Below are positions 41,578 to 50,118 of a stretch of DNA of 64,000 nucleotides, piece by piece. The DNA is from a bacterium (lineage in GTDB: Bacteria; Electryoneota; RPQS01). Below the pieces are notes generated by a model, which was given only the letters and a program-made list of their open reading frames with translations, was not told the DNA's origin and did no database searches. The stretch spans positions 84,168 to 148,167 of the forward strand of contig JABWCQ010000001.1 of the NCBI GenBank assembly GCA_013360195.1, in the 5' to 3' direction. Every line of letters begins with the position of its first letter. The first letter of the stretch is position 1. Made by a program: the position numbers and the translations under genes.

Positions 41578-42272
41578 AACAGCACCCACGTGCTTCCCGC
41601 TCCGACCGCCAATGCCCACACCCAGTCCCTGCGCGACACAAGCTGTATCATCGCCGCTGCGCTGCCCGCTCCCAGAAGTCCCGGCCAGATTCCTGAACAC
41701 AGCGCGTCCGTCGCTCGAACGACCTGCTCACCCGGTCCCAACGCGTAAAACTTGCCGAAGTACAGCATGAGTACGTAGTGACCGCTTATGACACCGGCAA
41801 GGGTGAACAGAAATCCCGCGCCGATATGCGTCCCAAGTGCCGCCAGCGTCCACTTCACACCCGAGTCCCCTCGCGCGCACGCGCTCACAAAATTCTCCGC
41901 TATCCTGTTCATCCGCTTGCGCACGAACGGTGCAAGCTCACGTCCGGCATGAGCGAAAATCAATCCGATTGCCGTCGCAAGCAACAGTACAATCCACGCC
42001 GGTTCTCCGGTCAACTCAGACGGAGCCACTCGCGCCGCCGTAGCTGTGGCAATGATAGCGCCGATGCTGCCCTCGGAAAACTTCGCGGCGCCGATCTGTA
42101 AATTCGCAAGCCACAAAAGTTCAAACAGCACTCCGAAGAACAGCCCTATCTCCGGTCTGTCCACCAGAAGTCCGTACAGCACACACGCGACGATCGGCTG
42201 TCCCAATAACGTCTGTCCTAAAACAGACGTATCCAGATAAACCACCGTTCCCGCGAGTGCAGCCAGCCACAT
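41574..42272 (-). CDS. Mannose-family PTS IIC component
   Basis: GQ..LGQPIV...GL....G...G..FEL.WL...IGA. Confidence 0.8.
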   Translation of the reverse strand: MWLAALAGTVVYLDTSVLGQTLLGQPIVACVLYGLLVDRPEIGLFFGVLFELLWLANLQIGAAKFSEGSIGAIIATATAARVAPSELTGEPAWIVLLLATAIGLIFAHAGRELAPFVRKRMNRIAENFVSACARGDSGVKWTLAALGTHIGAGFLFTLAGVISGHYVLMLYFGKFYALGPGEQVVRATDALCSGIWPGLLGAGSAAAMIQLVSRRDWVWALAVGAGSTWVLL

Positions 42273-42277
42273 TGCCG

Positions 42278-43363
42278 TCAGAACTTCCGCTCAATCATCA
42301 AATGTGCCCAGTCTGCCAGCCAGTCACGGTACTTCGTCGGCGGAAGTGGATTAAGATACTTCATGCCTCGCTCCACGTGTGCCCGTGCACGTCGTGCCGT
42401 TTCTTCAATTCCCCCAAGCTCGACGAACAGCTTCGTCACCTCGCGAATCTGATCATGCGTCGCGTGAGCATTCCCCAGCGTCTCGTCAATCAACTCGCGC
42501 TGACTCTGGCTTGCCCGCATCCACGACTCCCGCGCAATCACCGTGCGCTTGCCTTCGCGAATATCCGCACCCACGGGCTTTCCGAGCAGCTTCTCGTCAC
42601 CGATGATTCCCAGAATGTCGTCCTGCAATTGAAACGCCGCGCCGCACGCGCTCGTAAACTGCTCCAGAGTCCGTACCAACGGATGCTTCAAATCCGGAGT
42701 ATTTAGTCCGATCGCTGCTCCTGATGCGCCTGCAAATTCGTACAGCGCACCCGTCTTTTTCCAGAGCATGTCTTCAATCTGCTCGCTCGTCAGATTGCCG
42801 ATTGGCTCCTTCGAATACTGCACGTCCAGCACTTCCCCCTCAACTAACGTGCACAGCACACGCGTATCCAACTCGTTAATCAGCGTCAGCGTCACCTCGG
42901 CCGCGATGCCAAACTTGCGTGTCAGCTCCGTCATCAAACTGATTCCCCAGCCGTGCTGCACATCCCCCGTTAGGACCGCGATGGATATCCCGTAGTGCGC
43001 CGAGTCCCCGTTATTGCCAAATCGCGCGATGGTCGAGGCTTTTTTGGCAAACCGCTCGTGCACCGTCGGTGCACCGCGCCGGGTCGGATCGCGGTCTATG
43101 ATATCGTCATGCACCAGCGTCCACGTATGGAAAATCTCCACCGCCGCTGCCGCACTTATCGCCTTTTCCTCGTCGCCGCCCACAGCGCCGCAGCAGAACA
43201 GCATCACCGCCGGACGCAGCCGCTTACCCCCCGACTCAAAATAGCACGTCACCGCCTCCCGGATATCCTCCGGGGAGAACAAATTCACATATCTCGGCGA
43301 CAGCACATATTCCTGAACCCTCGCCACCCGCTCCTCAATAGCCGTAAATAACCTGTCCGACAC
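42278..43363 (-). CDS. Short-chain polyprenyl diphosphate synthase (FPP/GGPP, IdsA-like)
   Basis: GGKRLRP, HDDIID..RRG, KTG.L, FQLQDD, GK..G.D..EGK. Confidence 0.93.
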   Translation of the reverse strand: MSDRLFTAIEERVARVQEYVLSPRYVNLFSPEDIREAVTCYFESGGKRLRPAVMLFCCGAVGGDEEKAISAAAAVEIFHTWTLVHDDIIDRDPTRRGAPTVHERFAKKASTIARFGNNGDSAHYGISIAVLTGDVQHGWGISLMTELTRKFGIAAEVTLTLINELDTRVLCTLVEGEVLDVQYSKEPIGNLTSEQIEDMLWKKTGALYEFAGASGAAIGLNTPDLKHPLVRTLEQFTSACGAAFQLQDDILGIIGDEKLLGKPVGADIREGKRTVIARESWMRASQSQRELIDETLGNAHATHDQIREVTKLFVELGGIEETARRARAHVERGMKYLNPLPPTKYRDWLADWAHLMIERKF

Positions 43364-43394
43364 TCAGTTGCTCCGGTAAAATTTCAACTAACAA

Positions 43395-43428
43395 CAAAAA
43401 AACAAAGGCTTGGGATTAACCCAAGCCT
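43395..43428 (-). terminator. Terminator after the T9SS cargo gene
   Basis: Minus strand AGGCTTGGG-TTAAT-CCCAAGCCT followed by TTGTTTTTTT. Confidence 0.75.
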
Positions 43429-43430
43429 AT

Positions 43431-43459
43431 ATAATACATGAAATTCCAATAACTTGCAA
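43431..43459 (-). promoter_or_regulatory. Sigma70 promoter for the polyprenyl synthase-PTS operon
   Basis: TTGCAA-N17-TATTAT on the minus strand. Confidence 0.6.
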
Positions 43460-43570
43460 CCAGTTTGTCAAACTGGACTGTTGCGCTGGCGCAGTAGCTG
43501 TTATCGTTGCTCTCGCCGAGATGGGTTCAGATCGTGCCAGTCAGGAAGGTACCACCCTGCCGGAATCTGC

Positions 43571-45217
43571 TCACCGTATCAATAAAACCTTCCCCACGGC
43601 CAACACCCCATCCGCTCTACGTAACTGCGCAAAATAGACTCCGCTCGCCAGCTCTGATGCATCAACTGAAACACTCGCGCGGTTTTCAATTTTTCCTCTA
43701 AAAACGTTAGCGGCAACTCTTCCCGTCACGTCATACAATAGAACTTCATACTCGCCCGCCCGCGCAACCTCAATTACCAATGTCGTCACAGCATTAAACG
43801 GATTGGGATAGGCGGACAATGTGAACTTGTCAGATAGAAGCACTTGCGGTGTCGGCGCTACAAACTCGCTCGTGTCATGATGCGCTGTGTCTGGATCAGA
43901 ATTCAGCCAAGGGATGAATCTTATGCTGTCATCCACGCTGGCGCCTTGTCCCGCAGGATTATTCTGCGGATGAAACGGCCCGCTCTCATGTCCCCACCAA
44001 TTTTGACGTGCGTCAACGACTGAATTGCCTTCCACAAAGAAATCCATTCCGGGAAAATCCTGAGCAAACGAATTCAAACGTAGGTAGATTGTGTCATGCA
44101 CAGCCATGTCCTCGATTGCTATCTGAGGTTTGTTTAACGTCAAGCTATCTCCGAAGATTGTACTCATAATCTCAGCTGAGCTTTTCAGGCGAATCCCTGA
44201 CGCAATGCCGCGAATGTCGTGCGTTTGGTCCACTCGGTTGCTGTCCATCTTACACAGAAATCCGCGCTCAACATTATTACAGTGAACATAGATCGGTTCG
44301 CCTCCCGACGATGGATTTCCGCCCGGCGAGCCACAATCGATAAATCGATTATTAGTCAACTCGATTGCACATTCCCAGCCTTTTTGTTGCTGAAAACACG
44401 TGTCAATAACCTCTAATATTCCCGAACCTCCATATCTGACATTCTCGAAAATACAATCTCGAATCTTTGAGCCACATCGCGGCCTGATTTGGATAGCTTG
44501 AATACTCAATGTGTCCAGCCCAAGAAAATGGCATCGTTCAATGACCAGACTATCACCTTGCCCGAGAAACATGCGCGTACCTCCGCGGTGGGTGAATAGG
44601 CAATCCCTAATGTACCCGCCGCGACCCGCTGTTACTAATCCAAGTGTCGCACCGTCAAACCAAGTGCTGTCCGCATACAACCGACCTCGCCATAAACCTG
44701 TGTACACCGCCGTTCTAAGAGATCCAATAAAGCGGCAATTCTTGACAGTTATTCTGTCAATTTGTGAAATTCCGCTTTGCACAGAATCAAAAATGCAACG
44801 CTCGAATGTGACCTCTCGAACTGTCGTATCGCCGACTATCCCTGCCGGTCTTGTGCCGGGTCTTCCCCATGTCATCTCACTCCTATTGCGGAACACGATA
44901 TCCTCGAAATTCACTTTGCCACCGGTCAGCGTCACGCAGCGCAATGTGTCTGAACCTGCGAGGTCGGTCGGATCTATGACAGAGAATTCAGTCGTTTGGG
45001 AATCAATTCTCGCTTCACCGCGTATCAAGAAGTCTATTGGCGGTGCGACTAGTGACTCAATATACTCCCCGGGCGCAACAAGAATTGTGTCGCCGTTAAG
45101 TACAGCGCTTAATGCAAGTTGAATGGTCGGATACTCGCTGGGAACACGCAAGACGGCGCCTGAAGTCAGACTGATGCACGCAGCGAATGACATGAGAAAT
45201 GCGATTGCTGCTCTCAT
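43571..45217 (-). CDS. Secreted right-handed beta-helix protein with T9SS type A C-terminal domain
   Basis: VP.EYPTIQ.A...GDTILVAPG.Y, C.F repeats, NWWG..SGP; CTD YPNPFN...YDVTGR...ASGVYF...KVLLIR. Confidence 0.85.
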   Translation of the reverse strand: MRAAIAFLMSFAACISLTSGAVLRVPSEYPTIQLALSAVLNGDTILVAPGEYIESLVAPPIDFLIRGEARIDSQTTEFSVIDPTDLAGSDTLRCVTLTGGKVNFEDIVFRNRSEMTWGRPGTRPAGIVGDTTVREVTFERCIFDSVQSGISQIDRITVKNCRFIGSLRTAVYTGLWRGRLYADSTWFDGATLGLVTAGRGGYIRDCLFTHRGGTRMFLGQGDSLVIERCHFLGLDTLSIQAIQIRPRCGSKIRDCIFENVRYGGSGILEVIDTCFQQQKGWECAIELTNNRFIDCGSPGGNPSSGGEPIYVHCNNVERGFLCKMDSNRVDQTHDIRGIASGIRLKSSAEIMSTIFGDSLTLNKPQIAIEDMAVHDTIYLRLNSFAQDFPGMDFFVEGNSVVDARQNWWGHESGPFHPQNNPAGQGASVDDSIRFIPWLNSDPDTAHHDTSEFVAPTPQVLLSDKFTLSAYPNPFNAVTTLVIEVARAGEYEVLLYDVTGRVAANVFRGKIENRASVSVDASELASGVYFAQLRRADGVLAVGKVLLIR

Positions 45218-45696
45218 GGACAGCTCAACACACCGTAACTTAGTGTGCCTTCGGCTTTACAGTTGGAATCACAATCATCACAATCCAATCCCTCATCACA
45301 AGGGCGCTTGCAAACATGGAGTCGATAACTGTACGCGGCATACAAATATACGGACTTTTGTCCGTCACAGAATTGATTTGAGCAGTTGGAACTGACTGAA
45401 TCCACAAGCGATGAACTGCCGACCTTTTCGACAATTACACATGAGTTGCAATTGCAGGATTTTATGCAACTGTAGACTTTTGCTGATAACGTGTAGTACC
45501 CATTGCAACCGACCTGAAAAACCGAGGACTGTGTGCAGCCCGCCAATGAACTTCCACAGTCTTCAAAATCGCCAGAACAAGTTTGATCAACCGCGCTGAC
45601 GCAAATCGTACACTGCGCAAAAATCTGCGCATTTCCAAAACACAAAAAAACCGCAAGCATAACCGCTGCGGTAAAGGTGGAAGGTGCTTTCCTCAT
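45214..45696 (-). CDS. Cysteine-rich secreted protein (19 Cys in 160 aa)
   Basis: Signal peptide, CGGAGG RBS, its own promoter, ATGA overlap with the downstream gene. Confidence 0.75.
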   Translation of the reverse strand: MRKAPSTFTAAVMLAVFLCFGNAQIFAQCTICVSAVDQTCSGDFEDCGSSLAGCTQSSVFQVGCNGYYTLSAKVYSCIKSCNCNSCVIVEKVGSSSLVDSVSSNCSNQFCDGQKSVYLYAAYSYRLHVCKRPCDEGLDCDDCDSNCKAEGTLSYGVLSCP

Positions 45697-45762
45697 CGCG
45701 TGCCTCCGTTTTCGGCTATGTTTTCCGCCCTATCGTGCACCGCCCTTTGGTGCACGGTACAG

Positions 45763-45791
45763 AAGATAATGCCGGAATCACTAATTGTCAA
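45763..45791 (-). promoter_or_regulatory. Sigma70 promoter for the Cys-rich/T9SS pair
   Basis: TTGACA-N17-TATCTT. The 5' UTR holds the hairpin CGTGCACC/GGTGCACG. Confidence 0.7.
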
Positions 45792-45976
45792 GCCTCTCAA
45801 CCCCCAATCACGCCTCTCCATTTTCCCCCTAAATCCCGTAAGTTCAATGCCAAAATCCTTTAACTGCAAACTGAACAAATGTTTATAAAAATGCATTTTT
45901 TGTGGAACAAATACTTGACACATACGTTCATAAAGTGTATATTGCATTCAGAATTCGCTGCATCTTCTCATCACAT

Positions 45977-46009
45977 AAAAGAGAAAAGCGGATGCGATTA
46001 GCACCCGCT
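45977..46009 (-). terminator. Terminator of the tolC operon
   Basis: Minus strand AGCGGGTGC-TAATC-GCATCCGCT followed by TTTCTCTTTT. Confidence 0.7.
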
Positions 46010-46041
46010 ATCTAATATCCTATTTCTATTTTCCTGGTTTG

Positions 46042-47466
46042 CTATCTAAGGGCTTTGCCCACCGCCAATTCCAGCGCGATCAAGCTTGACTGATACTCAA
46101 GCTCTTTTGACAGATGATCCGTCTCAGCACGTTCATAAGTCACCTGCGCATCTCTTAAAGAGAGTGCCGAGGTCGCACCCAAACGATAGCGTTCGCGCTC
46201 AAGTTCTAATGTACGATTGGCAAGCTCTCGATTGCGATTTGTTATCTGCATCTGATCATATACCGTCTCGAGATTGCGAAACGCTTCCCGCACCCCGCGT
46301 TCAACCGATAACCGCAAATCCCGCTCGGATTCCTTTGCCCGCTGCAAATCCACACGTTTCGATTGCACGTCGTATTCGCGGGCAAAACCGTCGAAGATGT
46401 TCCAACTCAAGCTTGCATAATACGTCGTATTCCGGTTGCGCGGGTCAAGCGTAAATGCCTGATCTGCACCCGACTGCTCGCTGGCCGAACGCGATGCGCC
46501 AATACTGACACGCGGCAGATAGGCTCCCTTCGAATAGCCGACGTTGCTCCGTGCCTGCTTAACCTGAAGCACCGCGATCTCCAAATCCGTGCGGTTCTGC
46601 CAGGCCTGCGAAACTAAATTGTCCAACTCAAATTGATAGGGTGACAAACCGCCCGCTTCGGAAATCGGGAAACGGCTCTCCAAAGCGATTCCCAATGTTT
46701 GATTGAGTTCTTCCCGCCGCTTCTCAAGCTCGCGTTCAGAGCTGGCAATCGTATTCTCAGCCGTCCCCAACTCGATTTCTGCCTGCAGCACGTCAAGCTC
46801 CGTCACCGCGCCCACTTCAAACCGGGCCTTCGCCAAATCAAATGCATCCTGCCGCTGATCACGCAGGCGCTTGTTCAGCGCGACGACCTTCTCCAAGGTC
46901 AACACGCCCACAACCTGCTGAGCAATCGTCCGCGTCAGCGTCTTGTGAGCCTCTTCCACGGAAAGCGTGTTAATCTTCTTCTGAGCCTGGGCAATCCTGT
47001 ACAGAAAGATCCGCTGCCCGCCTTCAAACAACGACAGATTCGCGTTCACGTTCCACGAACTCGACCGCGACTTGCCTTCCGTCGGGTTCTGTGTTACCGT
47101 GATTGTATCGAGTTGAAGCTGGCCGTTTGAATCCGGAACAATCACCACTTCTTCAAAACTGATGGGAAGCGAGGAAACGCTTCCGTCCGGATTGCGGAAC
47201 GTGCGATTCTCAAACTGCGATTCGGAAAAGTCCAAGCCAAGACTAATTGTCGGCAAAAACCGGCCAATGGCCGCAAGGTCGCCGACACGATTCAACTTCA
47301 GCGCCAATTCCGATTGCCTGACCTGCGGATTGTTCCGCAACCCTATCGAAACAAGCGAATCAAGCGACAATGGAGACTGGCTGTCAATTCTGACCGGCCG
47401 TTCCGCCGCTTGAACACAACCCAACATAATACCCCAGATGACCACCCACCAGATAACACTCCGCAC
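46042..47466 (-). CDS. TolC-family outer membrane protein
   Basis: L.NNP, two OEP repeats (RFEVGAVTELDVLQA, RYRLGATS.L.L.DA). Confidence 0.9.
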   Translation of the reverse strand: MRSVIWWVVIWGIMLGCVQAAERPVRIDSQSPLSLDSLVSIGLRNNPQVRQSELALKLNRVGDLAAIGRFLPTISLGLDFSESQFENRTFRNPDGSVSSLPISFEEVVIVPDSNGQLQLDTITVTQNPTEGKSRSSSWNVNANLSLFEGGQRIFLYRIAQAQKKINTLSVEEAHKTLTRTIAQQVVGVLTLEKVVALNKRLRDQRQDAFDLAKARFEVGAVTELDVLQAEIELGTAENTIASSERELEKRREELNQTLGIALESRFPISEAGGLSPYQFELDNLVSQAWQNRTDLEIAVLQVKQARSNVGYSKGAYLPRVSIGASRSASEQSGADQAFTLDPRNRNTTYYASLSWNIFDGFAREYDVQSKRVDLQRAKESERDLRLSVERGVREAFRNLETVYDQMQITNRNRELANRTLELERERYRLGATSALSLRDAQVTYERAETDHLSKELEYQSSLIALELAVGKALR

Positions 47467-47468
47467 GC

Positions 47469-48896
47469 TTAGTACTCCAAATACTGATCTTTGATTTCGT
47501 ACAGGTAGTCGAGCACGGCGTCGTGCTCGTTGGCAACCTTGCCCTCAAGAATTGCTTCTTCAAGAGCGGTCTTAATCTTTCCGACTAAGGGACCCGGCGA
47601 GAGGTTGCAAACTCGCATGATTTCCTCGCCCCGTACAGGACTCTGGAACGACCGAAGTTGATCCCCCTCGATGACCTCGGATATTCGCTTCTTCAGTGCC
47701 TCAAACTGAGTCAGGTAACGCTTGACTTTTCTGGGGTTAGCTGACGTGATATCCGCGCGGCACAGGGTCAGCAAGTCTTCCAAATCCGCACCCGCGTCCA
47801 CGATTAACCGCCTGACTGCAGAATCCGTCACCTGCTCACGTGTCAAGTTTATGGGACGCATGTGCAAAGCCGTCATCTTGGTCAATTTTGCGACCGTCTT
47901 TTCCGGAAGCTTCAGCCTCCTGCCGATCGGCTTCAACATTCGGCTACCAACATCCTCGTGGCCATGAAAGGTCCAGCCCTGCTCCGGGAAGAAGCGTTTC
48001 GTCCTGGGCTTGGCGATATCATGAACCAATGCGGCCAGTCGCATTACCGGGTCATCGGTCAATTCTGAAATCCGGTCAACGACGAGCAGGGTATGATCAA
48101 ACACGTCCTTGTGGTGATGCTGCCCCACCTGCTCGACTCCGGCGAGGTCTGAGATTTCTTTGAAGATGATTGCCATTACTCCGGTCTCATGCATTAACCG
48201 GAGGCCAATCGAGGGTTTACCCGCACTCATCAGCTTCATCAGTTCATCTGTGATGCGCTCCTGGCTGACGATTTTCAGCCGCGGAGCCATTGCCTTGCAG
48301 GCTGCCAGCGTCGCGGGATGAATGTCAAACTCAAGCTGTGCCGCAAACCGGAGCGCTCGCATAATGCGCAGCGGATCTTCCGAAAATGTTTGTTCCGGCT
48401 CCTTGGGTGTGCGCAAGATTTTTCGCCGCAAGTCGCCGAGACCGTCGTAATGGTCAATCAACTCGCCGAACCGTTCGCCATTCAGACTTGCCGCGAGCGC
48501 ATTCACCGTAAAGTCCCGCCGTGCGAGATCATCGTCGAGCGCTCCTTCCCAAACTTTCGGTTTGCGCGACTGTGACTCATAGGATTCGGCACGCGCCGTA
48601 ACGAAATCCAACTGATAACCACGATACGGCACCATAGCCGTTCCGAACCGCTCGAACAGAACCGGCTGTCTTACACCGAATTCCTGCGCGACGTGTTTTG
48701 CGAAAGTCACCGCGTCTCCGATGACTGTGAAATCAATGTCCTTGACCTTCTTGCCCAGCAGTTTGTCCCGCACAAATCCACCGACGGCATATATTTCCAG
48801 TCCGTGCTCATCTGCGATATGACCCAGTCGCTCGAGAACCCTGGACTCCGAGCGCCGCAGAAGCCTTGTTGTTGCTTTTGTCCTCAAGGTTGTCAT
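47469..48896 (-). CDS. cca: CCA tRNA nucleotidyltransferase / poly(A) polymerase family with HD domain
   Basis: VGG.VRD, DID, RRDFT.NA, EDPLR..R, HDIAKP. Confidence 0.88.
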   Translation of the reverse strand: MTTLRTKATTRLLRRSESRVLERLGHIADEHGLEIYAVGGFVRDKLLGKKVKDIDFTVIGDAVTFAKHVAQEFGVRQPVLFERFGTAMVPYRGYQLDFVTARAESYESQSRKPKVWEGALDDDLARRDFTVNALAASLNGERFGELIDHYDGLGDLRRKILRTPKEPEQTFSEDPLRIMRALRFAAQLEFDIHPATLAACKAMAPRLKIVSQERITDELMKLMSAGKPSIGLRLMHETGVMAIIFKEISDLAGVEQVGQHHHKDVFDHTLLVVDRISELTDDPVMRLAALVHDIAKPRTKRFFPEQGWTFHGHEDVGSRMLKPIGRRLKLPEKTVAKLTKMTALHMRPINLTREQVTDSAVRRLIVDAGADLEDLLTLCRADITSANPRKVKRYLTQFEALKKRISEVIEGDQLRSFQSPVRGEEIMRVCNLSPGPLVGKIKTALEEAILEGKVANEHDAVLDYLYEIKDQYLEY

Positions 48897-49933
48897 CTCT
48901 TCGCTCCTCGGCCAAGGCGAGACCTCAGAGCCTTGAGAGTATCCTTCCGCCGTTCGAGAGCATAAGGAGTCGCTGCTGCGGCCAAACCTGCACGGGCATA
49001 ACTCAGAGCGGCGTCGGAATCTCCTAACATATCCGAGCAATCCATCAATGTGCGATAAAGTCCAATCACTTCGTAACCGTTTTGAAACTCAAGTTGGGTA
49101 TACTGCTCCAGCAAAACAAGCGCTGACTCGCGTGCCTTCTCCCATTGCTCTGTTCGCTTCTCCAGAGCAAGCTTGGGCATCCAGAATGTACGACTCCTGG
49201 GAAATCTCTCCAAACCCGCTTGGACCATGCTGTCGGCAAGTTCGTAATTTTCTTCTTGAAGTGCGAGCCAAACCATCGAGCTTAAGGCTGCGTATTGTGA
49301 GAACTTGGAGTGTTTGAGCCCGATGTTCAAATCCTCCCAGCCTTGCCGCTTTGACGGCACTCCCGGCAGCCAACGGAAGAACCCCATATTGCTCGCTGCG
49401 GCATAGCGATAGGCGCCCCTCCCGACATAGGCATCGTAAAACTCACTGTCCAGTTCTATGGCTGCATCAAAGTGACTGCGGGAGGCCATTAATCGGCGGA
49501 TTCCGTCCACAGACCGGCCTTGCCGGTGGCGGGTCAGACCGGATACCGAGTAGGCTGCACCAATCAAGTACTCACGTTCTGCAGCCGCGCTATCTGGAGC
49601 CAGCTGTTCCCACTCTTTACAGACCGCGAGACACGTTTCGACATGCTGTTCAAGCTCTGCTGTGCCTGTTGTGTCTTCAAAATCACAAAGCTTTGCATAT
49701 ATTACACTTGCACGGGCATATGCCCCCGCAGGGTGAGTCGGCCATTCTTTATCCAACTGCTGACAGATGGAATCGGCCGCTTCATAATAATGTCCCATCA
49801 GCGTGTCAAAGAGTGCTCTATAGCCGTCAAGTGGGCTTGGCTGCACGTGATTTTGTGCGAAAGATATTTCACACGTGCAGGCAAGTAAGAGGCAAGTTAC
49901 TGTAAAGCTGGAATGACACACCACGGATTGCAA
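48893..49933 (-). CDS. Exported TPR-like helical repeat protein
   Basis: Signal-like N-terminus and AIELD.EFYDAY.G.G TPR pattern. Overlaps the cca start. Confidence 0.65.
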   Translation of the reverse strand: MQSVVCHSSFTVTCLLLACTCEISFAQNHVQPSPLDGYRALFDTLMGHYYEAADSICQQLDKEWPTHPAGAYARASVIYAKLCDFEDTTGTAELEQHVETCLAVCKEWEQLAPDSAAAEREYLIGAAYSVSGLTRHRQGRSVDGIRRLMASRSHFDAAIELDSEFYDAYVGRGAYRYAAASNMGFFRWLPGVPSKRQGWEDLNIGLKHSKFSQYAALSSMVWLALQEENYELADSMVQAGLERFPRSRTFWMPKLALEKRTEQWEKARESALVLLEQYTQLEFQNGYEVIGLYRTLMDCSDMLGDSDAALSYARAGLAAAATPYALERRKDTLKALRSRLGRGAKR

Positions 49934-50118
49934 AAACCTATGCGCTGATTATTCAATAGTTTTGACAGATGGAAGGTACGACAATTGAGTCAAAAAACAA
50001 ATATCAGGACGCAAATCACTTTTAAGAAAGTGCTTTAATCTCTGGAGTTACGGCCGCGAATTGACTATATTTTAGGGATTTCATGGAACGGGCTGGATAA
50101 AACTGTGACAGGACGGGA

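Noticed and set aside
43477..43570. Possible ncRNA (SRP-like TCAGGAAGG)
   Set aside because: I could not fold the SRP helix or any known riboswitch core from it.
45214..45696. Cytochrome c or RiPP precursor interpretation of the Cys-rich protein
   Set aside because: No CxxCH motif, no adjacent radical SAM or other maturase, and it has a Sec-type signal peptide.
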